From Candidatus Nomurabacteria bacterium (GTDB lineage: Bacteria; Patescibacteriota; Minisyncoccia; Phycocordibacterales; UBA9973), in the NCBI GenBank assembly GCA_021413905.1, contig JAIOPO010000004.1:1597-65596 (forward strand): a stretch of DNA of 64,000 bases, in the 5' to 3' direction. The notes beneath the pieces are model-generated. The model was not told where the DNA came from. It did not search any database and saw only the letters and a list, made by a program, of their open reading frames with translations. This document shows positions 1 to 9,672 of the stretch, in pieces; the first letter of the stretch is position 1, and each line of letters opens with the position of its first letter. The position numbers and the translations under genes are program-made.

Positions 1-522
1 AAGTAAATTTTTACCTAGCAACACACTGTCTTGATCTGTGCTATTCAAATACGAACCGCGAATTATGAATTTTGAAATACCGGAAAACTTTTCTTCTTGT
101 ACAGGATCAATACCCAAAAGAGAACCACCAACACCGTCATTTTTTTCTCCCGGTTTTATGGTTTTACGATAGTCAGACTCCACAAAAGCACTACCAGTGT
201 ATCTTGTAGTATGATCTCTGTATCCCGGTATTGTTTTTATTATTTCTTCAACTTTTGGAGTTTGTTGTATCTCTGATCTATTTAAAAAAGGAGAAATCAC
301 AATATCACCAATAGCGTATTTTTTCTGTGCATCTTCGGAACCTTGAATAAGACCGATCAAAATACCAGACACAACTATCAAATTCAAAAAGGTCAATGTC
401 ATTACAAAAACAATCAAAGCGGTAGTCCATTTGTTAGCGTGTTTTATATCTCGCCAAGCCAAAAACCAACCAACGGATATATTTTGCGAAAAAGAATTTT
501 CTATTTTTATTTTATCCTTCAT
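1..522 (-). CDS. ABC transporter permease, FtsX/MacB-like (N-terminal part; gene runs past window start)
   Basis: Minus-strand ATG at 522 overlaps the HlyD stop (TAATG). Translation MKDKIKIENSFSQNISVGWFLAWRDIKHANKWTTALIVFVMTLTFLN... shows the FtsX-type N-terminal TM helix. Sits directly downstream of the adaptor gene. Confidence 0.55.
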   Translation of the reverse strand, partial: MKDKIKIENSFSQNISVGWFLAWRDIKHANKWTTALIVFVMTLTFLNLIVVSGILIGLIQGSEDAQKKYAIGDIVISPFLNRSEIQQTPKVEEIIKTIPGYRDHTTRYTGSAFVESDYRKTIKPGEKNDGVGGSLLGIDPVQEEKFSGISKFIIRGSYLNSTDQDSVLLGKNLL

Positions 523-2063
523 TATTTATTTTGAATCAAAGCTATTTGATCATTCTCAGAAAGTCCAGAAACAATTTCTATCATATTATTATCTCCAATA
601 AAACCAGTCTGAACTTCTCTTTCTATGTATTTTTTACTTTTTATATTAGTTATAAAATCAACAAAATATTTTCCATCTTTTTGTATTATGCCGACATTTG
701 GTATAGCTAAAACATTATTCTTTTCTCCTGCTAAAATATTAACATTTGCATTCATGCCTGGACGAATGGTTTCATCTTTTTCATTTATTAATATTTTTAT
801 TTTATAATTAACCACTCCATTATTAGTCTCCGCAGAAGGATCTATTTGTGAAACAACACCAGTAAATGATTTATCTTTACCAAAAGCATCAAAAGTAATA
901 GAAACATTTTGACCTATTTTCAAATTTGCAATATTGGCTTCATTTATCAAAGCTTCAATGTATAAATTAGAAATATCTTGCAATGAAATAACAGCCTTTC
1001 CAACTTGAGATATTTCACCGTATTTTATATCAATTTTTGTAATAGTGCCGTCTGCTGGAGCACGAATAATAGTATCTTCATAAGCTGATTGCGCAGATTC
1101 TAAATTCCCTTCTGCTGACAAAATATCTGCATTCGCTAAATCAATATCAGATTGTCGTGCATTTGCTTTTTTTAAATTTAGTTCAGCTTGCTTTTGATCG
1201 ACTAAAGATTGCGCAGATGACAATGCTGACGTTTGAGTTTTCAATGCATTTTGATAAGCATTATAATTTGTTAAATAATTTGAAGCCTGTTTGTTTGGAA
1301 TAGAAACAACCCAGCTGTCTTGCACAGAATAATTTGTGGGAAATTGTATATATAAACCCGAATCTCCCAATGCTTGTGGAGAAGAATAACTTATTGATCC
1401 TGAAGTATTAAAAACACCTGAAGTATTAAAATAACCTCCATTACCACTTTGATATAAAGATATTTTTATATCTCCTTCTTTACCTAAAATATAAGTTCCT
1501 GATATGGTCGGAGATATTGCATTTGTAAATGAGCTGGTTGGATATGCTTGCAAATTTGAATTTAATAAATTTTGATATGCATTTGAAACTAAAACATTTT
1601 GAGCATTTTTAACATTTTCAAAGTCATTTTGAGAATTTTTCAAAGCAATCTCAGCTAAAACTATTTCTTCATTTGAAGCTCCTTGTAAAATTTTATTATA
1701 TTTTGCTTTAGCGGCGAGTAATGCTCCTTTTGCTTGTGTTAATACTGCTCCAGCTTGACCCTGATCAAGAGTCGCCAAGATTTGTCCTGTTTTTACAATA
1801 TCTCCAACATTAACTTTTACAGACTTTACAGTGCCTGTTTTATTAAAAGATAAATTTAAATCTGTTTTAGAAATAACTTGACCAGTGGCTTGTATATTTT
1901 TACTTAAATCTGAAAATTTAACTTGAGAAATTTGGATATTGTCACTCTTATCTCCTGAAAACATAAAAAAACCAACAATAGCGACAACTAAAAAACCAGC
2001 AATATACAAATTTCTTTTTTTAAATAAAAAACTTTTTATATTTTCAAGATTTATTTTATTCAT
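522..2063 (-). CDS. HlyD-family periplasmic adaptor / membrane fusion protein of an efflux pump
   Basis: N-terminal TM segment, long coiled-coil region and beta-barrel/lipoyl-like segments typical of MFP/HlyD. Likely start is MNKINLENIK at 2063 rather than the ORF-track start at 2117. Confidence 0.75.
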   Translation of the reverse strand: MNKINLENIKSFLFKKRNLYIAGFLVVAIVGFFMFSGDKSDNIQISQVKFSDLSKNIQATGQVISKTDLNLSFNKTGTVKSVKVNVGDIVKTGQILATLDQGQAGAVLTQAKGALLAAKAKYNKILQGASNEEIVLAEIALKNSQNDFENVKNAQNVLVSNAYQNLLNSNLQAYPTSSFTNAISPTISGTYILGKEGDIKISLYQSGNGGYFNTSGVFNTSGSISYSSPQALGDSGLYIQFPTNYSVQDSWVVSIPNKQASNYLTNYNAYQNALKTQTSALSSAQSLVDQKQAELNLKKANARQSDIDLANADILSAEGNLESAQSAYEDTIIRAPADGTITKIDIKYGEISQVGKAVISLQDISNLYIEALINEANIANLKIGQNVSITFDAFGKDKSFTGVVSQIDPSAETNNGVVNYKIKILINEKDETIRPGMNANVNILAGEKNNVLAIPNVGIIQKDGKYFVDFITNIKSKKYIEREVQTGFIGDNNMIEIVSGLSENDQIALIQNK

Positions 2064-2151
2064 TATAAATTTATAATAACATATAAATATAAAACAAAAA
2101 AGGGCTCCTGAGAGCACCTTTTTTGAATCTTATTTTATTAAAAAATAAAAA

Positions 2152-2847
2152 TTATTTATGAGACATATCTTGTTTCAAATTAGACAAAAATTCACTAACA
2201 GAATCTTTTGCGCCTAATCCTAAAGCCAAAGCACCTCCGACAGCAAGCATACCGATGATGCCAGTGAAAAGGATACTCATATATGTATCAGCTACACCGA
2301 GTTGGCCCAATGCAATTATGAAAGCAAAAGTCCAAACAGCATACTTTGCGATAACACCAAGCATATTTGCTGAACGAAGATTCATAGCTTTTGAACCAGC
2401 TGTGATGAATTTTGACAAAGCATCAGCTACGATAGTAGCGATGATCAAAATAAATGCTGCAATAATAACTCTAGGCAAGAACATCAATACACCTTGTGTC
2501 AAAAATACAGAAACAGTATCAAGTCCTCCTACTAATTTCAAAGAAGGTAAAAGGAAAAGAACAATGATAAACCATTTAACAACTTGTCCAATAAAATAAC
2601 CTGAATTTAAATTCATTCCAGCCTTCTTGAAAAAATCACCGAAGCCTGCAGATTCTAAAAGTTTATCTACTTTTAACAAACCAAAAACATGTTCAAATGC
2701 TTTTGCAACAAGATTGCCAACCAACCAACCAATTATAAAAAGTACAACAGCCAAAATAAGTTTTGGAGCAAATTGTACAAAACCAAACCACAAATCTACG
2801 AGTGAAGAATTAAAAACATCACCCCATGTATACCAAATAGTATTCAT
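2152..2847 (-). CDS. Membrane protein with tandem 'conserved TM helix' repeats (MscS-related N-terminal module, no channel domain)
   Basis: LILAVVLFIIGWLVGNLVAKAFEHVFGLLKVDKLLESAGF matches the IIGW...AK...L PF05552-type repeat, which recurs along the protein. Confidence 0.5.
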   Translation of the reverse strand: MNTIWYTWGDVFNSSLVDLWFGFVQFAPKLILAVVLFIIGWLVGNLVAKAFEHVFGLLKVDKLLESAGFGDFFKKAGMNLNSGYFIGQVVKWFIIVLFLLPSLKLVGGLDTVSVFLTQGVLMFLPRVIIAAFILIIATIVADALSKFITAGSKAMNLRSANMLGVIAKYAVWTFAFIIALGQLGVADTYMSILFTGIIGMLAVGGALALGLGAKDSVSEFLSNLKQDMSHK

Positions 2848-2951
2848 AATAATAAATTTCGCTTTTGAGGCGAACAGCTAATAGCTGAAATTAATAATAA
2901 AACTTTTCTAAGTTCGACCTTATTAAAGCTCTAGTATTATTATATCAAATT

Positions 2952-3533
2952 CTACAACTTTTTTAAGATTTGTGTGGATAACTCTTTTGCTTGCAAAATA
3001 ATCTCATGAGGAAAATCTAGGATATCACGCACGAGCTTGTCATACATATTTAGTCTATATATAAAGTCTTTTGTTTCAAATACAGCATATACCAACTCTT
3101 TACCGATCTCAGCTTCCATTTTTTTTATATTATCTTCAATTTTTGATTTATTCAATTTATCACCAACCAATAACAAATCTACCCTGCTTTCCTTGTCTTT
3201 AATGAAAAAACCTGAAATAACCATAAATTTCAATTTTCCAACTTTTTTAAACATATCTAAAATAACATTATGTTCAAAAGTATCAGACTTTATTAAAAGA
3301 CTCTCGAATTCATTTGCATATCTAAAATTCATATCAAAATACCAATCATCATTGCGTTTTTTAACAAAACCCACAGAGCTCAAAAGACGTATTTCTCTAC
3401 GAACTGAATCTATCGCAACACGACTTCTTTTTGCCACATCTAAAGGAGTAAAAGCTTTGCTTTTATTTGATAAAAACAATCTCATAATCTTAACTCTAGC
3501 TTGATTTCCTAACAATTTTGCCAATATATCCAT
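2952..3533 (-). CDS. Putative transcriptional regulator with an N-terminal winged-helix domain
   Basis: The N-terminus ARVKIMRLFLSN...FTPLDVAKRSRVAIDSVRREIRLL is HTH-like; the rest has no recognisable family. Confidence 0.4.
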   Translation of the reverse strand: MDILAKLLGNQARVKIMRLFLSNKSKAFTPLDVAKRSRVAIDSVRREIRLLSSVGFVKKRNDDWYFDMNFRYANEFESLLIKSDTFEHNVILDMFKKVGKLKFMVISGFFIKDKESRVDLLLVGDKLNKSKIEDNIKKMEAEIGKELVYAVFETKDFIYRLNMYDKLVRDILDFPHEIILQAKELSTQILKKL

Positions 3534-3611
3534 GAATCATTTATAAACCTTTTTAAACAAAAAAACAAGCCTCCATAAGAAAACTTGTCTGTGTTCCAAT
3601 ATTTTTTTAAA

Positions 3612-4040
3612 TCATACTCTTCTTAACGGTTTAAACAAAAAAACTGTATCGAAAGTGAAGCAACTATTTGTATTTCCGAAACAAGTAGTAATCTCCAAAT
3701 TCCCTGATTCAGAAATAAAAATCTCTGCAAAAAGACAAGTCATGGCATCCTTATTTTCTTTAGTAAAACCAATCGGACTAAAACCAATTTTTACATTTTT
3801 GCCTGAAAAAATTTTTCTTAATTTTTCCTGATTTTTACCATTCAAAGTATCGAGAATATCATTCAATGATTCTTCTCTAAAGAAATCAATAGACTGAACC
3901 TCAAAAGCTTTCTTATAAATCTCTTCATAAGTAAAAGCTTGTTTATATCCAAGCTTTTTAGCTAAATTGAAAATAAAAAACTCTACTTCTGTCGTTTCCA
4001 TATTCTTTTGGTTTAAATGAAATAAACAATTAAAGGACAA
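3612..4040 (-). CDS. Hypothetical protein (probable start at internal Met, METTEVEFF, ~4001)
   Basis: ORF only; no recognisable motifs. Confidence 0.3.
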   Translation of the reverse strand: MSFNCLFHLNQKNMETTEVEFFIFNLAKKLGYKQAFTYEEIYKKAFEVQSIDFFREESLNDILDTLNGKNQEKLRKIFSGKNVKIGFSPIGFTKENKDAMTCLFAEIFISESGNLEITTCFGNTNSCFTFDTVFLFKPLRRV

Positions 4041-4090
4041 CCCTATCCTGAGATGATATTAACTTTTTTTAAAAAAACACAAGTAAAAAG

Positions 4091-4120
4091 AAAAAGCCAC
4101 AATATATATTGTGGCTTTTT
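4091..4120 (-). terminator. Intrinsic terminator downstream of rplL (perfect 8-bp stem GCCACAAT/ATTGTGGC, A/T-flanked, bidirectional)
   Basis: aaaaaGCCACAATatatATTGTGGCttttt read directly from the sequence. Confidence 0.7.
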
Positions 4121-4140
4121 CTAAATATTTGAAATTAAAT

Positions 4141-4506
4141 TTATTTAAGTTCAATTTTACCTCCTGCTTCTTCGATTTTCTTTTTCAATTCTTCAGCTTC
4201 AGCTTTCTTCATACCATCTTTCAATGTCGCTGGAGCGCCGTCTACCAAGTCTTTAGCTTCTTTCAAGCCAAGACCTAGAACTTCTTTTACGACTTTCATA
4301 ACAGCGATTTTTTGTTCACCTGCAGCCGCTAATACAACTGTAAATGAATCTTTTTCTTCAACTGCGTCTGCACCTGCTGCAGGACCAGCCACTGCTACTG
4401 CAGCAGCAGAAACTCCGAATTTTTCTTCAATAGCCTTTACTAAATCGTTAAGATCTAATACAGACATACCTTCTATTTTTTCTAACAAATCTTTAAATTT
4501 TTCCAT
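4141..4506 (-). CDS. rplL: 50S ribosomal protein L7/L12
   Basis: Ala-rich hinge and conserved C-terminal domain ([22 protein letters not shown]...[17 protein letters not shown]). Confidence 0.95.
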   Translation of the reverse strand: MEKFKDLLEKIEGMSVLDLNDLVKAIEEKFGVSAAAVAVAGPAAGADAVEEKDSFTVVLAAAGEQKIAVMKVVKEVLGLGLKEAKDLVDGAPATLKDGMKKAEAEELKKKIEEAGGKIELK

Positions 4507-4532
4507 AATATTTTATTAATTAATATTTATAA

Positions 4533-5012
4533 TTATTTCTTTTTAGCAACCTCATTCAAACCTAATGCCAATCTTTGCATAGGAGATTTGAGCAAGAAAG
4601 CCAATCTTGAAAGCAACACTTCTCTGCCCGGGATAGTAGCGATTTCCATCATTCTACCACCATCTACGAATTTACCTTCAAAAATACCTCCCAAAATATT
4701 TAACATATTTTTATGAGTTTTTTGAAAATTGTAAATCTCACGAGCTGGAGCTATCTCATCTGCGGAATATGCCATTGCGACTTCTCCGCCAAGCTCTGGG
4801 ATTTCCCCTTCCGCTTTGCCAGTCAATGCGCGTTTCAACAAAGTCTTTCTTGAAACTTTATAAGAAACACCTTGATTTCTCAAGTCACGACGAAGAGATG
4901 TCTCATCTCCTGCTGTCATGCCATGAAAATTCACAAAGACAACAGATTTTGAACCGGAAACATTTGTCTCCAAATCCTTTATCATTTCTTCTTTTCTATT
5001 TTTTGTAAGCAT
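4533..5012 (-). CDS. rplJ: 50S ribosomal protein L10
   Basis: L10 fold motifs and the conserved position immediately upstream of rplL. Confidence 0.9.
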   Translation of the reverse strand: MLTKNRKEEMIKDLETNVSGSKSVVFVNFHGMTAGDETSLRRDLRNQGVSYKVSRKTLLKRALTGKAEGEIPELGGEVAMAYSADEIAPAREIYNFQKTHKNMLNILGGIFEGKFVDGGRMMEIATIPGREVLLSRLAFLLKSPMQRLALGLNEVAKKK

Positions 5013-5170
5013 AATTGATTTTATTTTTTAAATTAAAAAACGGCCTTTCAGCCGCAAATTTATACACCTAAATGTATCGACCCCTAGATAGGACCTCTTC
5101 CCTCGATAAACTCGGGATGCCTACCTTCATTGCGGTATTTAAAGTATAACACAAAACTATATTTTTGCAA
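5013..5170 (-). promoter_or_regulatory. Candidate structured rplJ leader (L10-leader-like) with a small hairpin plus U-tract attenuator just upstream of the start codon
   Basis: Locally GC-rich 5' UTR in an AT-rich genome. On the minus strand GCGGCUGAAAGGCCG followed by UUUUUU (plus 5035-5056) lies ~25 nt before the rplJ ATG. Confidence 0.35.
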
Positions 5171-5367
5171 ATGATTTTATTACAAACAAATCATCCAAAA
5201 TAATCAGTCAGAAAATAAGCAGTTAAACCTAAAATCAAAAGAAATAAAAAAATCAAAAGTGTCTTAAAAAAATGTTTATTTACCATCTTTTTATTATATA
5301 TGAAAATATAATATATTAAAAATATATAAAGCTTTATTTTAAAAATATTTTATGTATACTAATCTAT

Positions 5368-6651
5368 ATGGACAGATCAAGGAAAATGATACTTTTTGCG
5401 GGTGATATATCTATGTTATATATTGCAGGCTATTTAACACTCCTTATTCGTTTTGGTATTAAACAAGCTTCTAACGAAATACCGACTCATATTTTACCTT
5501 TTATTATTTGGACAATACTATTATCTATTATTTTTTATATTTTTAATCTTTACGAAACGACATCTGTAAAATTAACTTTTAAAAACTTAAAACAATTTTT
5601 ATTTGCATTATCTACGAGCATAGTCTCAGGTATAATGTTATTTTATTTATTTCCCTTTTCCATAACTCCAAAAACAAACTTATTATTGACTCAAATATTA
5701 TTTTCCTTATTTATTTTAATTTGGCGTAGATTTTACTACAATATTTTTTCAAAAAAATTTAAAAATCAAATTGCTTTCATTGGAAAAACAACACCTGAAT
5801 CAGAAATATTAATAAAAAATATAATTGAAAATCCACATATAGGATATTCATTTATTGGAAATTTTAAAAATTTCTCAGATTTACAAACAAGTAAAATAAA
5901 AATAAATACAATAGTTTATACTGAAAAAGATAATTCTATAAATTTGGAAGAGCTAAGCAAATCAGATTATGATTATCTAAACATAACAAAAGCATTTCAA
6001 ATCATTTTAAATAAAATACCGGTCAGTCTTATGGATAACGAAATTGCTTTAAATATTTTAGAAAACAAAAAGAACATTGTTTTTAACAGTATCAAAAGAT
6101 TAACTGATATAATATTTTCAATAACAATACTTATAATCACCTTACCAGTAACCATAATAACCGCACTTTTAATATTCATAGAAGACAGAAAAAATATATT
6201 TTATAAACAAATTCGTGTTGGTTACAAGAAAAAAAAATTTAATATAATAAAATTTCGTTCAATGAATATAAATGCCGAAAAAAATGGTGCTGTTTGGGCA
6301 ATAGAAAAAGATCCACGCACAACTTTTGTCGGAAAAATAATAAGAAAATTACATATAGATGAAATACCACAAATGATAAATATACTCAAAGGAGATATTT
6401 CACTAATAGGTCCCCGACCTGAAAGACCTGAATTTGTTGAAATTCTAGAAAAAGAAATTCCTTTTTACTTTTTACGTCAAACAATAAAACCTGGTTTCAC
6501 AGGCTGGGCACAAATAAAATTTCGATATGCACGATCAGTGGTAGACAGTAGAGAAAAATTTGAATACGATTTATATTATATCAACAATTGGAATTTGTTT
6601 TTAGACTTAGGAATTTTAATAAAAACAATTCAAATAATTTTTAGTCATTAA
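5368..6651 (+). CDS. Polyprenyl-phosphate sugar phosphotransferase (bacterial sugar transferase, WbaP/WcaJ-like priming enzyme)
   Basis: N-terminal TM helices and a C-terminal domain with KFRSM...DEIPQ...ISLIGPRPERPEFV...KPGFTGWAQI motifs. Confidence 0.85.
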   Translation: MDRSRKMILFAGDISMLYIAGYLTLLIRFGIKQASNEIPTHILPFIIWTILLSIIFYIFNLYETTSVKLTFKNLKQFLFALSTSIVSGIMLFYLFPFSITPKTNLLLTQILFSLFILIWRRFYYNIFSKKFKNQIAFIGKTTPESEILIKNIIENPHIGYSFIGNFKNFSDLQTSKIKINTIVYTEKDNSINLEELSKSDYDYLNITKAFQIILNKIPVSLMDNEIALNILENKKNIVFNSIKRLTDIIFSITILIITLPVTIITALLIFIEDRKNIFYKQIRVGYKKKKFNIIKFRSMNINAEKNGAVWAIEKDPRTTFVGKIIRKLHIDEIPQMINILKGDISLIGPRPERPEFVEILEKEIPFYFLRQTIKPGFTGWAQIKFRYARSVVDSREKFEYDLYYINNWNLFLDLGILIKTIQIIFSH

Positions 6652-7741
6652 TAATCTCTTTATAAATTTGTATTGTTTCTTGAATCATTTTTTCTAAAGA
6701 GAAATTATTTTTTGCTCGCAAAAAAGCATTTTGACTCATGCAAGTCAAAATATTTGGATTTTTATATAAATATTCAATATATTCAGCTAATTCTTGTGCT
6801 GTATTCTTTTTTAACAAAAAACCAATATCTGATGTTACTATTTCGGAAACACCTCCAACGTCACTTGCAATGACCGGCAAACCTTTAGAAATTGCTTCTA
6901 ATATAGAACGAGGTAATCCTTCTTGTTTAGTAGGTAAAATAAATAAGTCATTTTTTTCCAAAAAAGATAAAATTTCCAATCTAGATAAAGCACCCATAAA
7001 AATAACTTTTTCATTTAAATCATTTTGAATAACCAAAGAATTCAATTTGTCATAATTAGGACCATCACCCACAATATAAACAATAATATTATTTATAATA
7101 TCTTTAGGTAAAATATTTAAAGCATTTAAAAGTAATTCTGGTTTCTTTTGATTAGACAATCTACCCACAAATATTATAGATTTCAAACTTTCACGAATTA
7201 AAGGTTTTTCACTTGGTATCTCCGCTCCATTGTGTATATTTATTAATTTATAAAGAGGAGCAACTTTTAATTTAATAGCTAAATTTAAATCATATTTTGA
7301 AACACATATTATCTTTTTACAAAAATGAGAAGCCAATAATTCAGAAGGATATGTAATAATTTTTTGCAAAAAAGGTGAACCTTGTCCAAATGACCAACCA
7401 TGCGCAGTAAATATTGTTGGTTTTTTATTTAAAATAGACAATCTACCAAAAATTCCAGCAATACCACTATGGCAAGACACGATGTCTGGATCAAAACTAT
7501 CCACAGTATTTAAAATTATTTTTTTTGATTTTAAAAAATTTAAAAAACTATAAGAATTTTTAAAATAATCATTTGAAATAAAAATTCCACCCAAATCTTT
7601 TATCGCAAATTCCAACCATCCGCCAGGACTACTCATTACGGCCACATCGTGTCCTTCTTTTTTCAAAGCTCGACACAATTGAAATATATGTGTCTGTGCT
7701 CCCCCTTCTGTTGATTTAGTTATTAAAAAAAGTATTCTCAT
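6641..7741 (-). CDS. Glycosyltransferase family 4 (GT-B)
   Basis: EGLPRSILEAISKGLPVIASDVGGVSEIV is the E-x7-E GT4 motif region. Confidence 0.8.
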   Translation of the reverse strand: MRILFLITKSTEGGAQTHIFQLCRALKKEGHDVAVMSSPGGWLEFAIKDLGGIFISNDYFKNSYSFLNFLKSKKIILNTVDSFDPDIVSCHSGIAGIFGRLSILNKKPTIFTAHGWSFGQGSPFLQKIITYPSELLASHFCKKIICVSKYDLNLAIKLKVAPLYKLINIHNGAEIPSEKPLIRESLKSIIFVGRLSNQKKPELLLNALNILPKDIINNIIVYIVGDGPNYDKLNSLVIQNDLNEKVIFMGALSRLEILSFLEKNDLFILPTKQEGLPRSILEAISKGLPVIASDVGGVSEIVTSDIGFLLKKNTAQELAEYIEYLYKNPNILTCMSQNAFLRAKNNFSLEKMIQETIQIYKEIIND

Positions 7742-7750
7742 AGATTAAAT

Positions 7751-8884
7751 TTAATTAAAAAGATTTTTAATTTTCAAAACAAGATTTTCCCATTTATAAT
7801 TTTCATAAACAAAATCCTTAGCTTCTTTTATTAAATTATTTTTTAAATTTAAATCTTGTAACATTAAAATCTTTTCTGCTATATCATTAGGATTAAATGG
7901 ATCACAAAACAAACCAGTTTTTTTATCAAATAGAAAATCTACAATACCGCCAACTTTTGTGCCAATAATAGGTAGACCAAAAGACATGGCTTCAATAAAA
8001 GAATTTCCTAATCCTTCTGAAAAAGAAGGCCTGATGAATATGTCAGCATATTTAAAATAACTTGGTATTTTTTTATGTTCCACATCACCAATAAAAAAAA
8101 CTCTATCATTTAATTTATGATCGAAAACTATTTTTTTTAATTTATTTTCAAGAAACCCTGAGCCAATAATTAATAATTTGTAATTATCAGATAAATAATT
8201 TAAAGACAAAATACAATTTGCTATATTATTTTTTTCAACTAACCTAGAGGTGGTTATTAAATAAATATCATCTTGTTTCTTGTTTAAAACAATATCAGAA
8301 TTCTGTTTTACATCAGAAGAAAAAATATTTATATCTACACCGTTAGGTATTATTTCAATTTTTTTTGCTCCCATTTCAACGGCAAAAAATGCCAAATAAT
8401 TAGAAATAACATGAACTATTTTAGCTCTTTTAAATATCAATTTATAAAAAGGCATTATGAAAAAAAATTTTCTTTTAATAATTTCTACAGATTTTCCTTC
8501 TTGAATAGTTAAAATATATGGAATTTTTGAATATAAAAAATTAAAAAACAAAACGGCAAACCCTGCATAACTTGCCATTAAAGACCAAGTGAAATCGTAT
8601 CTTTTTTTATTATTCAATTGAATTGCTTTAAATAAAGCAAGCAGAGGAAATATTATTTTTTGAAAAGAAAAAAATATTTCATTTTTTGTACACCAACCTA
8701 CATTATACACATTGATGTTTCCTATTTTTTTAAATAAAGAATTATTTTTTCTTAAAGTTATCATATCAAAAACAAAACCGTCATCCATACGATCAGTAAA
8801 TTCTTTTATTGCTATTTCTGCTCCACCGACAAATTCAGGCAAAAAAACAACAGAAAATATTAAAATTTTTTTACTATTTTTCAT
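7751..8884 (-). CDS. Glycosyltransferase family 4
   Basis: FSEGLGNSFIEAMSFGLPIIGTKVGGIVDF motif. Likely start is MKNSKK (ORF track extends to 8917). Confidence 0.75.
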   Translation of the reverse strand: MKNSKKILIFSVVFLPEFVGGAEIAIKEFTDRMDDGFVFDMITLRKNNSLFKKIGNINVYNVGWCTKNEIFFSFQKIIFPLLALFKAIQLNNKKRYDFTWSLMASYAGFAVLFFNFLYSKIPYILTIQEGKSVEIIKRKFFFIMPFYKLIFKRAKIVHVISNYLAFFAVEMGAKKIEIIPNGVDINIFSSDVKQNSDIVLNKKQDDIYLITTSRLVEKNNIANCILSLNYLSDNYKLLIIGSGFLENKLKKIVFDHKLNDRVFFIGDVEHKKIPSYFKYADIFIRPSFSEGLGNSFIEAMSFGLPIIGTKVGGIVDFLFDKKTGLFCDPFNPNDIAEKILMLQDLNLKNNLIKEAKDFVYENYKWENLVLKIKNLFN

Positions 8885-9671
8885 CTTTAAACAAGATACT
8901 TGGTTTAATAAAATCAAAGCCTAATTCTTGGGCATAATCGACTATTTCTAAAAATATTTTTTTATTTTCTTCGGACATCATGTGTAAATGATTCACCAAT
9001 ATGAAATTTCCATTGATTTTTTTTGCATACAATAAACCCTTTTTTAATATATCTAAACCCAGCTCAACACGAAAAGAATATGCTTCTTGATGCTTACCAC
9101 AATCAACAATATAAGGATAAGCTGGCATTTCCAAAGAAGATAAATTAAAAAAATTTAATTTATGTAAAATCATTTTAAGAATAACAAAAACATATTCTAT
9201 TCTAAATAAAAAATTTTTTGAACCCTTGCTTCTAATTATATTCATACGAGCATTTTCTATTGCTATTATGCCATTATTGGATATTTGATCATGTGGAGGA
9301 ACAAAAATATCAACTTTTCTTTTAAAAGTTTTTTCTAACTCTTCTTTACCTCTTAATGTTTCAATTTTTAAATTCTTATTTTGTAAATATTCAAAGACAT
9401 TATTTATTTTTTCATGAGTACAACCATGTTGAAAAATATCAATATTGATATTACTGTTTATATAATTTACCAAATCAATATTTTCTGACACTAAATACTC
9501 TTTTTTTTCTTCTGAAATATTCCAAGGATATACATCACTCAACGAAGAAACAAAAGGAATAACGGAAAGTCCAACTGATATATTTCTTTTAAAAATAGAA
9601 GAATACAGATTTTCAATATCTTGAGGTTTAGTAAAAAAATTCGTATCATCATCTCTTATAATAAATTTCAT
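8874..9671 (-). CDS. Putative polysaccharide deacetylase-like protein (DUF2334-type)
   Basis: N-terminal IIRDDD and an HGCTHE His motif; located within the glycan locus. Confidence 0.35.
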   Translation of the reverse strand: MKFIIRDDDTNFFTKPQDIENLYSSIFKRNISVGLSVIPFVSSLSDVYPWNISEEKKEYLVSENIDLVNYINSNINIDIFQHGCTHEKINNVFEYLQNKNLKIETLRGKEELEKTFKRKVDIFVPPHDQISNNGIIAIENARMNIIRSKGSKNFLFRIEYVFVILKMILHKLNFFNLSSLEMPAYPYIVDCGKHQEAYSFRVELGLDILKKGLLYAKKINGNFILVNHLHMMSEENKKIFLEIVDYAQELGFDFIKPSILFKDEK

Positions 9672-9672
9672 T

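Noticed and set aside
2064-2125. Hairpin-like sequence aaaaaagggctcctgagagcacctttttt as a terminator between the membrane gene and HlyD
   Set aside because: The stem is only ~4 bp (GCTC/GAGC) with mismatches, too weak to call. It more likely just marks the intergenic spacer, and it supports the shorter HlyD start at 2063.
2255-3504. Plus-strand ORFs 2255-2599, 2627-2881, 3037-3504
   Set aside because: They are antisense to well-supported minus-strand membrane and regulator genes, with low-complexity translations.
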